A stretch of DNA of 64,000 nucleotides from Bacillota bacterium (GTDB lineage: Bacteria; Bacillota; Sulfobacillia; JAIMAT01), in the NCBI GenBank assembly GCA_029960955.1, contig JASBVS010000003.1:6194-70193 (forward strand), in the 5' to 3' direction. Positions within the stretch are counted from its first letter, which is position 1, and every line of letters begins with the position of its first letter. Below, piece by piece: positions 45,361-58,236 of the stretch. A program made the position numbers and the translations under genes. Under the pieces are notes generated by a model, which searched no databases, was not told the origin of the DNA, and worked only from the letters and a program-made list of their open reading frames with translations.

Positions 45361-46374
45361 GTGGATCTGAACACGCTCTGGTTCGCGCTGATCGTGGTCC
45401 TCTTCGTGGGCTACTTCTTCCTGGAGGGCTTCGACTACGGCGTGGGGATCCTGCTTCCCTGGCTGGGCCGCTCCGACCGGGAACGGCGGGTCCTCCTCAA
45501 CACCGTCGGGCCGCACTGGGACGGCAACGAGGTCTGGCTGCTCACCGCCGGGGGCGCCATGTTCGCCGCCTTCCCCAACTGGTATGCCACCCTCTTCAGC
45601 GGCTTCTACCTGGCGCTGGTCCTGATGCTGCTGGCGCTGATCGTGCGCGGCGTGGGCTTCGAGTACCGCAGCCGCGACGAGAGCCCGCGCTGGCGGAACG
45701 CCTGGGACTGGGCGATCTTCGCCGGCAGCCTGGTGCCGGCGCTGCTCTGGGGCGTGGCGCTGGCCAACCTGGTGCGCGGCCTGCCCATCGACCAGCAGAT
45801 GAACTACAGGGGCAGCCTCTTCACGCTGCTCAACCCGTACGGCCTCCTGGGCGGCCTCTTCACGCTGCTCGCCTTCACGCTCCACGGGGCGCTCTTCCTG
45901 CTGCTCAAGACCGAGGGTGAGATGCGCGAGCGGGCGCGCGCGGCCGCGCGCTGGGTGGGGGCGCTGGCGACGGCGGTGGCGGCGCTCTTCGCGCTCTACA
46001 GCTACTTCGCCACCGGCATCTTCCAGAAGCCGGGCCTCCTGCCCGGGGCGCTGGTGGTCGTCGGCGGCCTGGCGCTGCTGGCCGTGCGGGCGATGCTGGA
46101 CCGCGACCGCGCCGGCTGGGCCTTCGTGCTGAACGGCGTGACCATCGTCGCCGCCGTGGCCACGATCTTTCTCGGGCTCTACCCGAACGTGATGATCTCG
46201 AACCTCAACCCGGCCTGGAACCTGACGATCCACAACGCTTCCTCCAGCCCGTACACGCTGAAGGTGATGAGCATCGTCGCCGTCTCGCTGGTCCCCTTCG
46301 TCCTGGCCTACCAGGCCTGGACCTACTGGGTCTTCCGCAAGCGCGTCGGCCTGCGGGAGAAGCTGACGTACTAG
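45361..46374 (+). CDS. cydB: Cytochrome bd oxidase subunit II.
   Basis: MDLNTLWFALIVVLFVGYFFLEGFDYGVGILLP...GPHWDGNEVWLL. GTG at 45361. Confidence 0.9.
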   Translation: MDLNTLWFALIVVLFVGYFFLEGFDYGVGILLPWLGRSDRERRVLLNTVGPHWDGNEVWLLTAGGAMFAAFPNWYATLFSGFYLALVLMLLALIVRGVGFEYRSRDESPRWRNAWDWAIFAGSLVPALLWGVALANLVRGLPIDQQMNYRGSLFTLLNPYGLLGGLFTLLAFTLHGALFLLLKTEGEMRERARAAARWVGALATAVAALFALYSYFATGIFQKPGLLPGALVVVGGLALLAVRAMLDRDRAGWAFVLNGVTIVAAVATIFLGLYPNVMISNLNPAWNLTIHNASSSPYTLKVMSIVAVSLVPFVLAYQAWTYWVFRKRVGLREKLTY

Positions 46375-46399
46375 CGCGCGGGTGGAGAATAGAGGCAAG

Positions 46400-46430
46400 G
46401 CCGAGGCCGGCCCCGCGGGCCGGCCTCGGC
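46400..46430 (+). promoter_or_regulatory. Perfect 14-bp-stem hairpin between cydB and cydD (candidate intra-operon attenuator or RNA-processing element).
   Basis: GCCGAGGCCGGCCC-cgc-GGGCCGGCCTCGGC, with no following U-tract. Confidence 0.3.
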
Positions 46431-46449
46431 GTCGGGGTGGGGCGTCGAG

Positions 46450-48255
46450 ATGGGAGTCGACCGCAGGCTGATCGCGCGCGTGCGACCGGTTCGCCACCTG
46501 CTCGGCATGGTGGTGGTCCTGGGGCTCCTGGCCGGCCTCCTGGCCGTCGCCCAGGCCTCGCTCCTGGCGGGCGTGGTCGACCGGGTCCTGCTCCGCGGCG
46601 CCGGCCTGCCCGCGCTGGAAAGGCCGGCGGCCGCGCTGCTCGCCGTCATGCTGGCCCGGGCGCTGCTGGCCTGGGGGAGCGAGCTGGCGGCCTTCGAGCT
46701 GGCCGCGCGGGTGAGGCAGGAGCTGCGCGAGCGCCTGGCGCGCCACCTGCTGGCGCTGGGGCCGGCGCGGGCGGCGGGCGAGCGGAGCGGCGAGCTGGTC
46801 AACACGCTGCTGGAGGGCGTCGAGCAGCTGGAGACCTACCTCGGCCGCTACCTGCCGCAGCTGGCGCTGGCGGCCCTGGTACCGCTGGTGCTGGTCGCCT
46901 TCGTCTTCCCGCGCGACTGGCTCTCGGGGGTGATCTTCCTGGTCACCCTGCCGCTCCTGCCCTTCTTCATGTGGCTGATCGGCGGCCAGGCGTCGCTGGC
47001 CGCGCGGCGGCGCTGGGCGGAGCTGGCGCGGCTGAGCGCCCACTTTCTGGACGTGGTGCAGGGGCTGCCGACGCTCAAGCTCTTCGGGCTGGGGAAGCGG
47101 GAGGCCGAGGTGGTGGCGCGGGCCAGCGACCGCTTCCGCGGCGCCACCATGGCGACGCTAAGGGTCGCCTTCCTCTCGGCGCTGGCGCTGGAGCTGCTCG
47201 CCTCGCTCAGCACGGCGGTGGTGGCCGTGGCGCTGGCGCTGCGCCTGCTGGGGGGCGGTCTCTCCTTCCGCGAGGCCTTCTTCGTCCTCCTCCTGGCGCC
47301 GGAGATCTACCAGCCGCTGCGCACGCTGGGCAGCCAGTTCCACGCCTCGACCACCGGCGCGGCCGCCAGCCGGCGCATCTTCGAGCTGCTGGAGCAGCCG
47401 GCGCCCTGGCCGGAGGAAGAGGTCGCCGTCGCCGGCGAGCGGCGCGACCCGGCCGCCCCCGCGCCCCGCGGCCCGGCGGAGCGCGGCCTCCGCTCCGAGG
47501 GCGTCCGCTTCGAGGCGGTCGCCTTCACCTACCCGGGGGCCGAGCGGCCGGCCGTGGCCGGGCTCAGCTTCGCCGTGGAGCCGGGGGAGCGGGTGGCGCT
47601 CGTGGGGCCGACGGGTGCCGGGAAGAGCACGGTGCTGGCGCTCTGGATGGGCTTCCTGCGGCCGGAGGCGGGAGGCGTCCGGGTCGGCGGCCGGCGCCTG
47701 GAGGAGGTGGGCGTCGCCGCCTGGCGGGCGCAGGTGGCGCTGGTGCCGCAGCAGCCCTACCTCTTCGCCGGCAGCGTGGCGGAGAACCTGCGCCTCGCGC
47801 GGCCCGGCGCCGGCGAGGCCGAGCTCTGGGAGGCGCTGCGCGCGGCGGGGGCGGAGGAGTTCGTGCGCGCCCTCCCCTTCGGGCTGGAGACGCGCCTGGG
47901 CGAGGAGGGGGCGGGGCTTTCGGGCGGCGAGCGGCAGCGCCTGGCCATCGCCCGCGCCTGGCTGCGCGGCGCGCCCTGGCTGGTGATGGACGAGCCCACC
48001 GCCCACCTGGACCCCGAGAGCGAGGCGGCCGTCCAGGAGGCGCTCGCCCGCCTGCTGGCGGGGCGGGGGGCTCTGGTGGTGGCGCACCGCCTGGCCACCA
48101 TCCGCCAGCTGGACCGCATCCTCGTCCTCGACCGGGGGCGCCTGGTCGAGGAAGGCTCGCACGAGGCGCTGGTGGCGCGGGGCGGCCTCTACGCGCGCCT
48201 GGCGCGCGCCTACGTCGGACCGGCCGCAGGGGCGGCCGCGCGGGGGGAGGGATAG
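46450..48255 (+). CDS. cydD: ABC transporter permease/ATPase CydD (thiol reductant exporter).
   Basis: Six TM helices plus NBD: GPTGAGKST, LSGGERQRLAIARA, LVMDEPTAHLD. Confidence 0.85.
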   Translation: MGVDRRLIARVRPVRHLLGMVVVLGLLAGLLAVAQASLLAGVVDRVLLRGAGLPALERPAAALLAVMLARALLAWGSELAAFELAARVRQELRERLARHLLALGPARAAGERSGELVNTLLEGVEQLETYLGRYLPQLALAALVPLVLVAFVFPRDWLSGVIFLVTLPLLPFFMWLIGGQASLAARRRWAELARLSAHFLDVVQGLPTLKLFGLGKREAEVVARASDRFRGATMATLRVAFLSALALELLASLSTAVVAVALALRLLGGGLSFREAFFVLLLAPEIYQPLRTLGSQFHASTTGAAASRRIFELLEQPAPWPEEEVAVAGERRDPAAPAPRGPAERGLRSEGVRFEAVAFTYPGAERPAVAGLSFAVEPGERVALVGPTGAGKSTVLALWMGFLRPEAGGVRVGGRRLEEVGVAAWRAQVALVPQQPYLFAGSVAENLRLARPGAGEAELWEALRAAGAEEFVRALPFGLETRLGEEGAGLSGGERQRLAIARAWLRGAPWLVMDEPTAHLDPESEAAVQEALARLLAGRGALVVAHRLATIRQLDRILVLDRGRLVEEGSHEALVARGGLYARLARAYVGPAAGAAARGEG

Positions 48256-48256
48256 C

Positions 48257-50064
48257 GTGGAGCGGCGCCTCCTGCGACGCTGGATCGGCTTCCTGTGGCC
48301 GCTGCGGGGGCAGGTGGCGCTGGGGCTTCTGCTGGGCCTGCTGACGGTCGGCTCGAACGTCGGCCTGCTGGCCCTCTCCGGCTACCTGATCGCCGCCTCC
48401 GCCCTGCGGCCCGCCACCATCCTGCTGCTCTGGGTGCCCATCGTCGGCGTCCGCTTCTTCGGCATCGCGCGGGGCGTCTTCCGCTACCTGGAGCGGCTGG
48501 TCACCCATGACGCCACGCTGCGCCTGCTGGCCCGCCTGCGCGTCGCCTTCTACCGCGCGCTGGAGCCGCTGGCGCCGGCCGGCCTGGGCGACCGGCGCCA
48601 GGGCGACCTGCTCAGCCGCATGGTCCAGGATGTGGAGACGCTGCAGAACCTCTTCCTGCGCGTGCTCTACCCGCCGGCGGTGGCACTCCTCACCCTGGGG
48701 CTCGGCTGGGCGATCCTGGCGCCGCGCGGGCTCCGGCTGGCGCTCGCCTTCGGCGTGGCCTTCCTCCTGGCGGGGGCGGTGCTGCCCGCCCTCGCCCACC
48801 TGGCGGCGCGCCGGCCCGCCGCCGCGCTGCCCCGCGCCCGCGGCGAGCTGAGCACACTGGCCGTCGACGCCGTGCGCGGCATGACCGAGCTGGTCGCCTT
48901 CTCCCAGGAAGCGGCCTGGAGCCGCCGCCTGGCCGCCGCCGGCGAGCGCCTGATCCGCCTGCAACGCGGGGTGCGGCGCGCGGAGGCGGCGACGGGCGCG
49001 CTCCTCGGCCTGCTGCAGAACCTGGCCATGGCGGCCGTCCTCCTCCTGGCGGTGCCGCTGGTCCGCCAGGGCCACCTGCCGGCGGCCGAGATCGCCGGCG
49101 TGGCGCTGGCCGCCCTGGCCGCCTTCGAGGCGGTGGCGCCCCTCCCCGGCGCGCTGGCCGGCCTGGGCGAGAGCCTGGAGGCCTCGCGCCGGCTGGAGGA
49201 GCTGGAGAGGGCGACGCCGCCGGTGCCGGAGCGGTCCTCGGGAGCCGGTTCGGGCGCGGCCCCGACGGCCGGCCTCGCCGGCTCGCGCAGCCGGGTCGGC
49301 CCCGCCCGCCTCGAGGTGCGCGCGCTCCGCTACACGTACCCGGGGGCGGCGCGGCCGGCGCTGGACGGGCTGAGCCTGGTGCTCGAAGCGGGCGCGCGCG
49401 TGGCGCTGGTGGGGCCCAGCGGCTCGGGCAAGAGCACGCTCCTCGACCTGCTCGTCCGCTTCCGCGACCCCGAGGAAGGGTCGATCCTGCTGGACGGCCG
49501 CGACACCCGCGCGCTCGACCCCGAGGCGGTCCGCTCCTTCTTCAGCGTCGTCGCCCAGGAGAGCCACCTCTTCCACGCCAGCCTGGGCGAGAACCTGCGC
49601 CTGGGCAACCCGCGCGCCGGCGAGGCGGAGCTGCGCGAGGCGCTCCGGGTGGCGCAGCTGGAGGGGTGGTGGGCCGGGCTTGCCGAGGGCCTGGCGACGC
49701 AGGTGGGCGAGGCCGGGCTCCGCCTCTCCGGCGGCGAGCGGCGGAGGGTGGCGGTGGCGCGGGCGCTCCTCCGGCCGGCGCCGATCCTCCTTCTCGACGA
49801 GCCGACCGCCGGCCTCGACGCCCTGACGGAGCGGCGCCTCATGGAGGCGCTTCTGGCGGGCCTCGGGGGGCGCAGCCTCCTCCTCGTCACCCACCGGCTG
49901 GCGGGACTGGAGGCGATGGACGAGATCCTCGTCCTCGCCCGCGGCCGCGTGGTCGAGCGCGGGCGTCACGCGGAGCTCCTGGGCCGCCGCGGCCTCTACC
50001 GGCGCATGTGGGAGCTCGAGCAGGAGCTGCTGGTGGAGGAGCCGGCGCTGCTGGGAGCTCCGGG

Positions 50065-50077
<13 letters not shown>
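48257..50077 (+). CDS. cydC: ABC transporter permease/ATPase CydC.
   Basis: GPSGSGKSTL, LSGGERRRVAVARAL, LLLDEPTAGLD. GTG at 48257, 1 nt after the cydD stop. Confidence 0.85.
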
Positions 50078-51237
<1,160 letters not shown>

Positions 51238-51405
51238 CTCGCACCCTCTCCCGCTCGCATCCTGCCGCCGCAGGCGCGGGGCCTCCGCGGGCTCGCGCCA
51301 GGCTTCTTCGCCCTTCTGCGTCCGCGCGGTCCTCCCTTTTCCCTCTCGGTCCCGGGCGGCCTCTTTCAAGTCAAGTCGCCTCGCCATTTCCGGGGAGCGC
51401 GGCCG

Positions 51406-52701
51406 TCAGGCGCCGGCGGAAAGCACCAGCAGCAGGGCAGCCAGCGTGACCGCCAGGACGGGGAGCGTCAGCGTGATGCCCACGCGGAAGTAGTAGCCCC
51501 AGCCGATCTTGACGCCGCGGTGCTCCAGCACGTGCAGCCAGAGGAGGGTCGCCAGGGAGCCGATGGGGGTGATCTTCGGGCCGAGGTCGCTGCCCACCAC
51601 GTTGGCCAGGGCAGCGCCGAGGCGGAGCACCCCCTCCGCTCCACTCGCGTGGATGGCGAGGGCGTCGACCATGACCGTCGGCATGTTGTTCATGACCGAG
51701 GAAAGCCCCGCGGCGAGAAAGCCCGTGTAGAAGACGGACGCCGCCAGCCCGTGCCGGGCCACCCACGCCAGCGAGCGGGCGAGCGCGGCGATCAAGCCCG
51801 CGTTCCGCAGTCCGAAGACGACCACGTACATGCCGACCGAGAAGACCACGACCTTCCACGGGGCCTCCGCGACAAGACGCCGCACGTCGACGGCCGGGCT
51901 CCGCGCGGCGAGGAGGAGCAGCAGCAGGGCGGCGCTCCCCGCCACCACCGAGACCGGGATGTGCAGGGTCTGGCTGGCCAGATAGCCTGCCAGGAGAAGC
52001 CCGAGCACAACCCAGGAGAAGCCGAAAAGCCGCCGGTCGCGGATGGCGTCCACCGGCGCCTTCAGTCCGGTAGTCTCCAGGCGCCCCGGCAGGTCGCGGC
52101 GGAAGAAGAGGTAGAGGGCCAGCAAGCTGGCTACCAGCGCCGCCACGTCGACGGGCAGCATGCGCGCGGAGTAGGCGACGAACCCGATGTGAAAGAAGTC
52201 GGCGGACACGATGTTGACCAGGTTGCTGACGACGAGCGGCAGGGAGGTGCTGTCGGCGACGAAGCCGCCCGCCATGACGAAGGCCAGGATGGCGGCGGCC
52301 GGGAGCCGGAGGGCCTTGACCTGCTCGTAGACGATCGGGGTCAGGATGAGCGCCGCGCCGTCGTTGGCGAAGAGGGCCGCCACCAGCGCCCCCAGGACGA
52401 TGCTGTAGATGAAGAGGCGGATCCCGCTGCCTCGGGCCCGGCGTACCATGTGCAGGGCGGCCCACTCGAAGAAGCCGGTGGCGTCCAGAACCAGCGAGAT
52501 AAGGATGACGGCGACGAAGGCCAGGGTCGCGTCCCAGACGATGCCGACGACCTCGCCCACCTCGGCCGGGGTGACGATGCCGAGTAGGACGGCCAGGGCC
52601 CCGCCGACCGCCGCCGGCCAGCCGATGGAGAGGCCTCGCGGTTGCCAGATGACGAGGGCCAGCGCGACGACGAAGAGAGCGACGGCCAGGAGACTCTGCA
52701 T
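51406..52701 (-). CDS. arsB: ArsB/NhaD-superfamily permease (arsenite efflux-like).
   Basis: About 12 TM helices with ArsB-like repeats (GAALILTPIVY..., VVSNLVNIVSADFF). It is adjacent to arsR. Confidence 0.65.
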   Translation of the reverse strand: MQSLLAVALFVVALALVIWQPRGLSIGWPAAVGGALAVLLGIVTPAEVGEVVGIVWDATLAFVAVILISLVLDATGFFEWAALHMVRRARGSGIRLFIYSIVLGALVAALFANDGAALILTPIVYEQVKALRLPAAAILAFVMAGGFVADSTSLPLVVSNLVNIVSADFFHIGFVAYSARMLPVDVAALVASLLALYLFFRRDLPGRLETTGLKAPVDAIRDRRLFGFSWVVLGLLLAGYLASQTLHIPVSVVAGSAALLLLLLAARSPAVDVRRLVAEAPWKVVVFSVGMYVVVFGLRNAGLIAALARSLAWVARHGLAASVFYTGFLAAGLSSVMNNMPTVMVDALAIHASGAEGVLRLGAALANVVGSDLGPKITPIGSLATLLWLHVLEHRGVKIGWGYYFRVGITLTLPVLAVTLAALLLVLSAGA

Positions 52702-53011
52702 GGCTGGAAATGCACCCCCAAGCTTCAGGTCTTCTGTCGCGAAGGCAGCTCGTCACGGGTCCAGCCGCTCGAACCGGGTAGCTCGGACGAGGTTGCTGGG
52801 AATGCCCTTCTCCGCCTCGTCCCGTCCAGCCGGGGCGGGAGCGGGAGACGTGGAGGCTCCACGGGCCGGACCTGCACTCCGGCCCTCCCGGTCGGTGGCC
52901 CGCCCCGCGCGCCAGGGATGCCGCGCTGCCGGGAAGCACGCAAGAGGTCGAGGCGGAAACCCGGCAGGCGCTCCCGGCGGCCGGCGCGGAGGGAAAGCCG
53001 GCACAGGCGGG

Positions 53012-53455
53012 TCACCCGTCGCGGAACCCGTCTGCGGCAGGCTCCCGGGGCGCGGGTGCCGGCAGACCGACTTGTCGGACCCCGAGGTTCTCCGAGGCAG
53101 GCCCCTGTCGCCCGGTGCGGCAGGAGTTGACGGGCGTCATGGAGGCGAAGCGCTTCTGCACCGCCTGCGGAAGCCGGACCGCGCGGAGCGCCTCGGACGC
53201 ATAGGCGGGCAACGGCCGGCGCAGGCGGTAGAAGACCCAGATGCCGCGCCGCTCGGCGGCCACCAGGCCGGCCTCCTTCAGGCGGCGCAGGTGTTCGCTG
53301 ATGGCGGGCTGGCTGATGCCGAAGAGGTCGACGAACTCGCAGACGCAGATCTCGCGCTGTTGCAGGAGAGACAGCATCTGCAGGCGGGTGTCGTCTCCGA
53401 GGGCCCGGAAGACCGTGGCCACCGTGGAAGAGGGAGTTCGCACAGCCTTCATCAC
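53012..53455 (-). CDS. arsR: ArsR/SmtB-family metalloregulator with a canonical As(III)-binding CVC motif.
   Basis: DDTRLQMLSLLQQREICVCEFVDLFGISQPAISEHLRRLKEAGLV. ATG at 53455 after AAGGTG. It has a roughly 40-aa C-terminal tail. Confidence 0.8.
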   Translation of the reverse strand: MMKAVRTPSSTVATVFRALGDDTRLQMLSLLQQREICVCEFVDLFGISQPAISEHLRRLKEAGLVAAERRGIWVFYRLRRPLPAYASEALRAVRLPQAVQKRFASMTPVNSCRTGRQGPASENLGVRQVGLPAPAPREPAADGFRDG

Positions 53456-53476
53456 CTTATTGCCATTTCCCGATGA

Positions 53477-53508
53477 ACTCTAACGCATGCCTCCCCCTTG
53501 CACAAGGG
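53477..53508 (-). promoter_or_regulatory. Candidate arsR promoter (-35 TTGTGC, 17-nt spacer, -10 TAGAGT) with a 6-2-6 inverted repeat CCCTTG-ca-CAAGGG overlapping the -35 (candidate ArsR operator).
   Basis: The complement of 53500-53505 is TTGTGC and of 53477-53482 is TAGAGT. The palindrome spans 53495-53508. A local AT-rich patch runs from there to the arsR RBS. Confidence 0.4.
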
Positions 53509-53538
53509 TTCCGGCTGGTGCTGGTTGCCGGCGTGGCC

Positions 53539-53621
53539 GGGCAGAGGCGTCCCGCGGCACGGCGGGTCAAGCCCCCTCCGCGCTGGGATCCGCCTCTGCG
53601 TATCGGGATCCGCCTCTGCCC
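53539..53621. repeat. Three copies of a GGGCAGAGGCG / CGCCTCTGCCC motif: one inverted copy and two 15-bp tandem direct copies (GGGATCCGCCTCTGC) spaced 20 bp apart.
   Basis: GGGCAGAGGCG at 53539-53549. GGGATCCGCCTCTGC at 53585-53599 and again at 53605-53619, the latter extended to ...CCC at 53621. The outer copies form an 11-bp perfect complement. The cluster sits between the ilvD stop and the arsR promoter. Confidence 0.45.
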
Positions 53622-53636
53622 GCTGGCCTCTCGCGC

Positions 53637-55369
<1,733 letters not shown>

Positions 55370-55373
<4 letters not shown>

Positions 55374-56026
55374 GCTTCCCGTCCCCCCCGTCCCGGGCCG
55401 GCGGCCTCCCCGGCCGCCGCCCAAGCGATCTCCGACCAGCTCGGCCGCCGCGCCTCGAAGGCGGCGATGGCCGCCTCCCGCGCGAGCGTCACGTCGATGT
55501 CGTCCACTCCCTCCAGCAACCGCCGCCTCCTCTCCGGATCGACGCGGAAGGCGGCGACGAAGCCGGAGGCGTCGCGGACCTCCTCCCGTTCCAGGTCGAC
55601 CGTCAGCTGGTAGCCGGGCTGGTCACCGGTCCGGCGGAAGAGCTCCTCCACCGCCTCGGGTTCCAGCCGGACGGGCAGGAGCCCGTTCTGCAGGCAGTTG
55701 GCCTCGAAGATGTCGGCGAAGCTGGGCGCCACGATCGCCCGGAAGCCGTACTGCTGGAGCGCCCAGGGCGCGTGTTCGCGGCTCGAGCCGCAGCCGAAGT
55801 TCTCCCGCGCCAGCAGGATGGTGGCTCCCCGGTAGCGCGGCTGGTTGAGGACGAAGTCCGGGTCGGGCGAACCGTCAGGACGGTAGCGCCAGTCGTGGAA
55901 GAGGAAGGGCCCGTACCCCGTCCGCTCGATCCGCTTGAGGAACTGCTTGGGAATGATGGCGTCGGTGTCCACGTCGGGCCGGTCGAGCGGCGCCACCAGC
56001 CCGGTATGGCGGACGAAGCGCTCCAT
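55370..56026 (-). CDS. leuD: 3-isopropylmalate dehydratase small subunit.
   Basis: [39 protein letters not shown]...[21 protein letters not shown]. The ATG at 56026 overlaps the leuC stop (ATGA). Confidence 0.9.
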
Positions 56027-57489
56027 CAGGCCCCCACCCCCTCGGCCGCCGGTTCCGCCCGGCCGGCCGCCTCGCCGTCGAACCAGCGGCGCACGTCGAC
56101 GAAGTGGCCGGCGACGGCGGCGGCCGCCGCCATGGCCGGGCTGACCAGATGGGTCCGGCCGCCGCGTCCCTGCCGGCCCTCGAAGTTCCGGTTGGAGGTG
56201 GAGGCGCAGCGCTCGCCGGGCCGCAGGACGTCGGGATTCATGCCCAGGCAGAGCGAGCAGCCCGAGGCGCGCCACTCGAAACCCGCCTCCAGGAAGAGGC
56301 GGTCAAGCCCCTCGGCCTCCGCCTGGCGGCGGACGCTCTCGGAGCCCGGCACCACCATGGCGCGGACCTCCGGGGCGACGCGCCTCCCGCGCACGACCGC
56401 CGCCGCGGCGCGCAGGTCTTCCAGGCGCGCGTTGGTGCAGGAGCCGATGAAGACCCGGTCGACGCGGATCGACTCCATGGGCGTCCCCGGCTCGAGCCCC
56501 ATGTAGGCGAGCGCCCGTTCCGCCGCCCCCCGCTCCACCGGATCCTCCATCGAGCGGGGGTCGGGCACCGCCGCGGTCACCGCCACCGTCATGCCCGGGT
56601 GCGTCCCCCAGGTCACCTGCGGCGCCACCTCGGAGGCGTCGAGCACGAGCCGCCGGTCGTAGGAGGCGCCGGGGTCGCTGCGGAGCGCCCGCCAGGCGCG
56701 GAGCGCCTCCTCCCAGGCGTCGCCCCGGGGGGCGAAGCGCCTTCCTCGCAGGTAGGCGAAGGTGGTCTCGTCCGGCGCCACCAGCCCGACGCGGGCGCCC
56801 GCCTCGATGGCCATGTTGCAGAGCGTCATCCGCTCCTCCATGCTCATCCGCTCGACCGCCGGCCCGGTGAACTCGACGGCGTAGCCCTGGCCGACCCGCG
56901 GCCCGTGGCGGCCGATGAAGGCGAGGATCAGGTCCTTGACCGTGACGCCGGGGGCGAGCCGCCCCTCGAAGCGGACCTCCATCGTCCTGGGCCGGCGCTG
57001 CCAGAGGGTCTGGGTGGCCAGGACGTGCTCCACCTCGCTGGTGCCGATGCCGAAGGCCAGCGCCCCGAAGGCGCCGTGCGTGGCCGTGTGGCTGTCGCCG
57101 CAGACGATCAGCTTGCCGGGCTGGGTCAGGCCGAGCTCGGGTCCGATCACGTGGACGATGCCGCGCTCCGGGCTCCGCAACCCGTAGAGGGGCACGCCGA
57201 ACTCCCGGCAGTTGGCCTCCAGCGCCTCCACCTGCCGGCGCGAGACCGGGTCGACGATCCGCTCCGCGGTGAGCAGGCCCGGCTCGGTGGGCACGTTGTG
57301 GTCGACGGTGGCCACCGTCAGGTCGGGCCGGCGCACGCGGCGGCCGGCCAGCCGCAACCCTTCGAAGGCCTGGGGCGAGGTGACTTCGTGGACCAGGTGC
57401 AGGTCGACGTAGAGGAGCGCCTGGCCGCCGGGCTCCTCGTGGACCACGTGGCTCCGCCACAGCTTCTCGAACAACGTCTGCGCTGGCAT
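56026..57489 (-). CDS. leuC: 3-isopropylmalate dehydratase large subunit.
   Basis: [16 protein letters not shown]...[27 protein letters not shown]...[14 protein letters not shown]...[14 protein letters not shown] at 57489 after GGAGAGGAGG. Confidence 0.9.
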   Translation of the reverse strand: MPAQTLFEKLWRSHVVHEEPGGQALLYVDLHLVHEVTSPQAFEGLRLAGRRVRRPDLTVATVDHNVPTEPGLLTAERIVDPVSRRQVEALEANCREFGVPLYGLRSPERGIVHVIGPELGLTQPGKLIVCGDSHTATHGAFGALAFGIGTSEVEHVLATQTLWQRRPRTMEVRFEGRLAPGVTVKDLILAFIGRHGPRVGQGYAVEFTGPAVERMSMEERMTLCNMAIEAGARVGLVAPDETTFAYLRGRRFAPRGDAWEEALRAWRALRSDPGASYDRRLVLDASEVAPQVTWGTHPGMTVAVTAAVPDPRSMEDPVERGAAERALAYMGLEPGTPMESIRVDRVFIGSCTNARLEDLRAAAAVVRGRRVAPEVRAMVVPGSESVRRQAEAEGLDRLFLEAGFEWRASGCSLCLGMNPDVLRPGERCASTSNRNFEGRQGRGGRTHLVSPAMAAAAAVAGHFVDVRRWFDGEAAGRAEPAAEGVGA

Positions 57490-57742
57490 CCGCCAGCCTC
57501 CTCTCCGCGCCGCGCGAGCTCGCAAGGGGGACGAGCGCCATGGGCAGGGCGATGACGCGGAGATCGTACTAGGTATACGGGCCCGGGTGGGCGACTCCTC
57601 CCGGCGGCGCGGGCGCCCGTCGCCGCGCCGGCGGGATCGGGCAAAGTTCGCCTGTTCACAAGTGCGAACGATCTAGGCGGCGAAAAGCTGAGCTTTCGGG
57701 CTTCTACCCGCCGTTTGCCGGCCGATCCGGCCGCTGAACCGG

Positions 57743-57772
57743 TTGACTTTCGTTGCGCGCCTCGGGTAGCAT
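57743..57772 (+). promoter_or_regulatory. Candidate sigma-A promoter (-35 TTGACT, 18-nt spacer, -10 TAGCAT) driving the T-box leader and the ilvH-ilvC-leuA-leuB-ilvB operon.
   Basis: TTGACT at 57743-57748 and TAGCAT at 57767-57772, just upstream of the predicted T-box Stem I. Confidence 0.4.
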
Positions 57773-57859
57773 CGCTGCCAACAACCGGCCGTCCTGGAGG
57801 TCGGGCCGCTCCTCTTACAACCCGTACGAGCGCAAGGCGATGAGGGACAGCGCCCGCGA

Positions 57860-58236
57860 AGGCGCCGGAGGCAGAGAGCCGGGGTAGCTGCGAACCGGTT
57901 CCGGCCGTCGCAGGTTCTCCGTCCCGAGCTGCGTGCCCGAACCATCGCCGCCTCGGGCGGTCTCCGGTGCGCCTCCGGACCTGCCGAGGGGCGAAAGTAG
58001 GGTGCGCCGGCCCGGACTCTACGGGCCGTTAGCCGAAGCGAGGCGGCAGCCTCGGGCCTTCCCCGTCTTCGCGACGAGGCGGAGGCGTGCGCCGGACGCA
58101 CGTCGCCGCCGTCGCCGCGGCCGGGAGAAGGCACGCTCCGGCGCAGCCGCAAAGCAGGGTGGTACCGCGAGGCAGGAAGGAGGACCTCGCCCCTGGAGGG
58201 GCGGGGTCTTTTTTTATCCAGCGGCTGCGTCCGGCG
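57860..58236 (+). ncRNA. T-box riboswitch leader (tRNA-sensing antiterminator) with an intrinsic terminator, upstream of ilvH.
   Basis: Conserved T-box sequence AAAGCAGGGTGGTACCGCGAGG at 58171-58192 (consensus AANNNGGGTGGNACCGCG). F-box-like CCGTTA at 58046-58051. AGAGAG at 57893-57898 in the Stem I region. Terminator hairpin CGCCCC-tgga-GGGGCGGGG followed by TCTTTTTTTAT (58204-58238). The T-box 3' half can pair with the terminator's 5' arm, forming an antiterminator. Confidence 0.7.

Noticed and set aside
52702-53011. 310-nt gap between arsB and arsR with small ORFs (52725-53015 and 52753-53004, minus strand); looked for arsC or arsD.
   Set aside because: The translations are Arg/Pro-rich low complexity with no ArsC (CX5R) or ArsD motifs. 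It is more likely the ArsR C-terminal tail plus untranslated spacer.
57640-57670. Rex-box-like half-site TTCACAA in the leuC leader (GTTCACAAGTGCGAAC), and an FNR/Rex-like site in the cydA hairpin loop.
   Set aside because: Only one half-site matches the consensus TTGTGAA-N4-TTCACAA, and the partner half is absent. The cydA loop matches FNR on only 3 of 5 positions in one half. I report these as structures, not as assigned operators.
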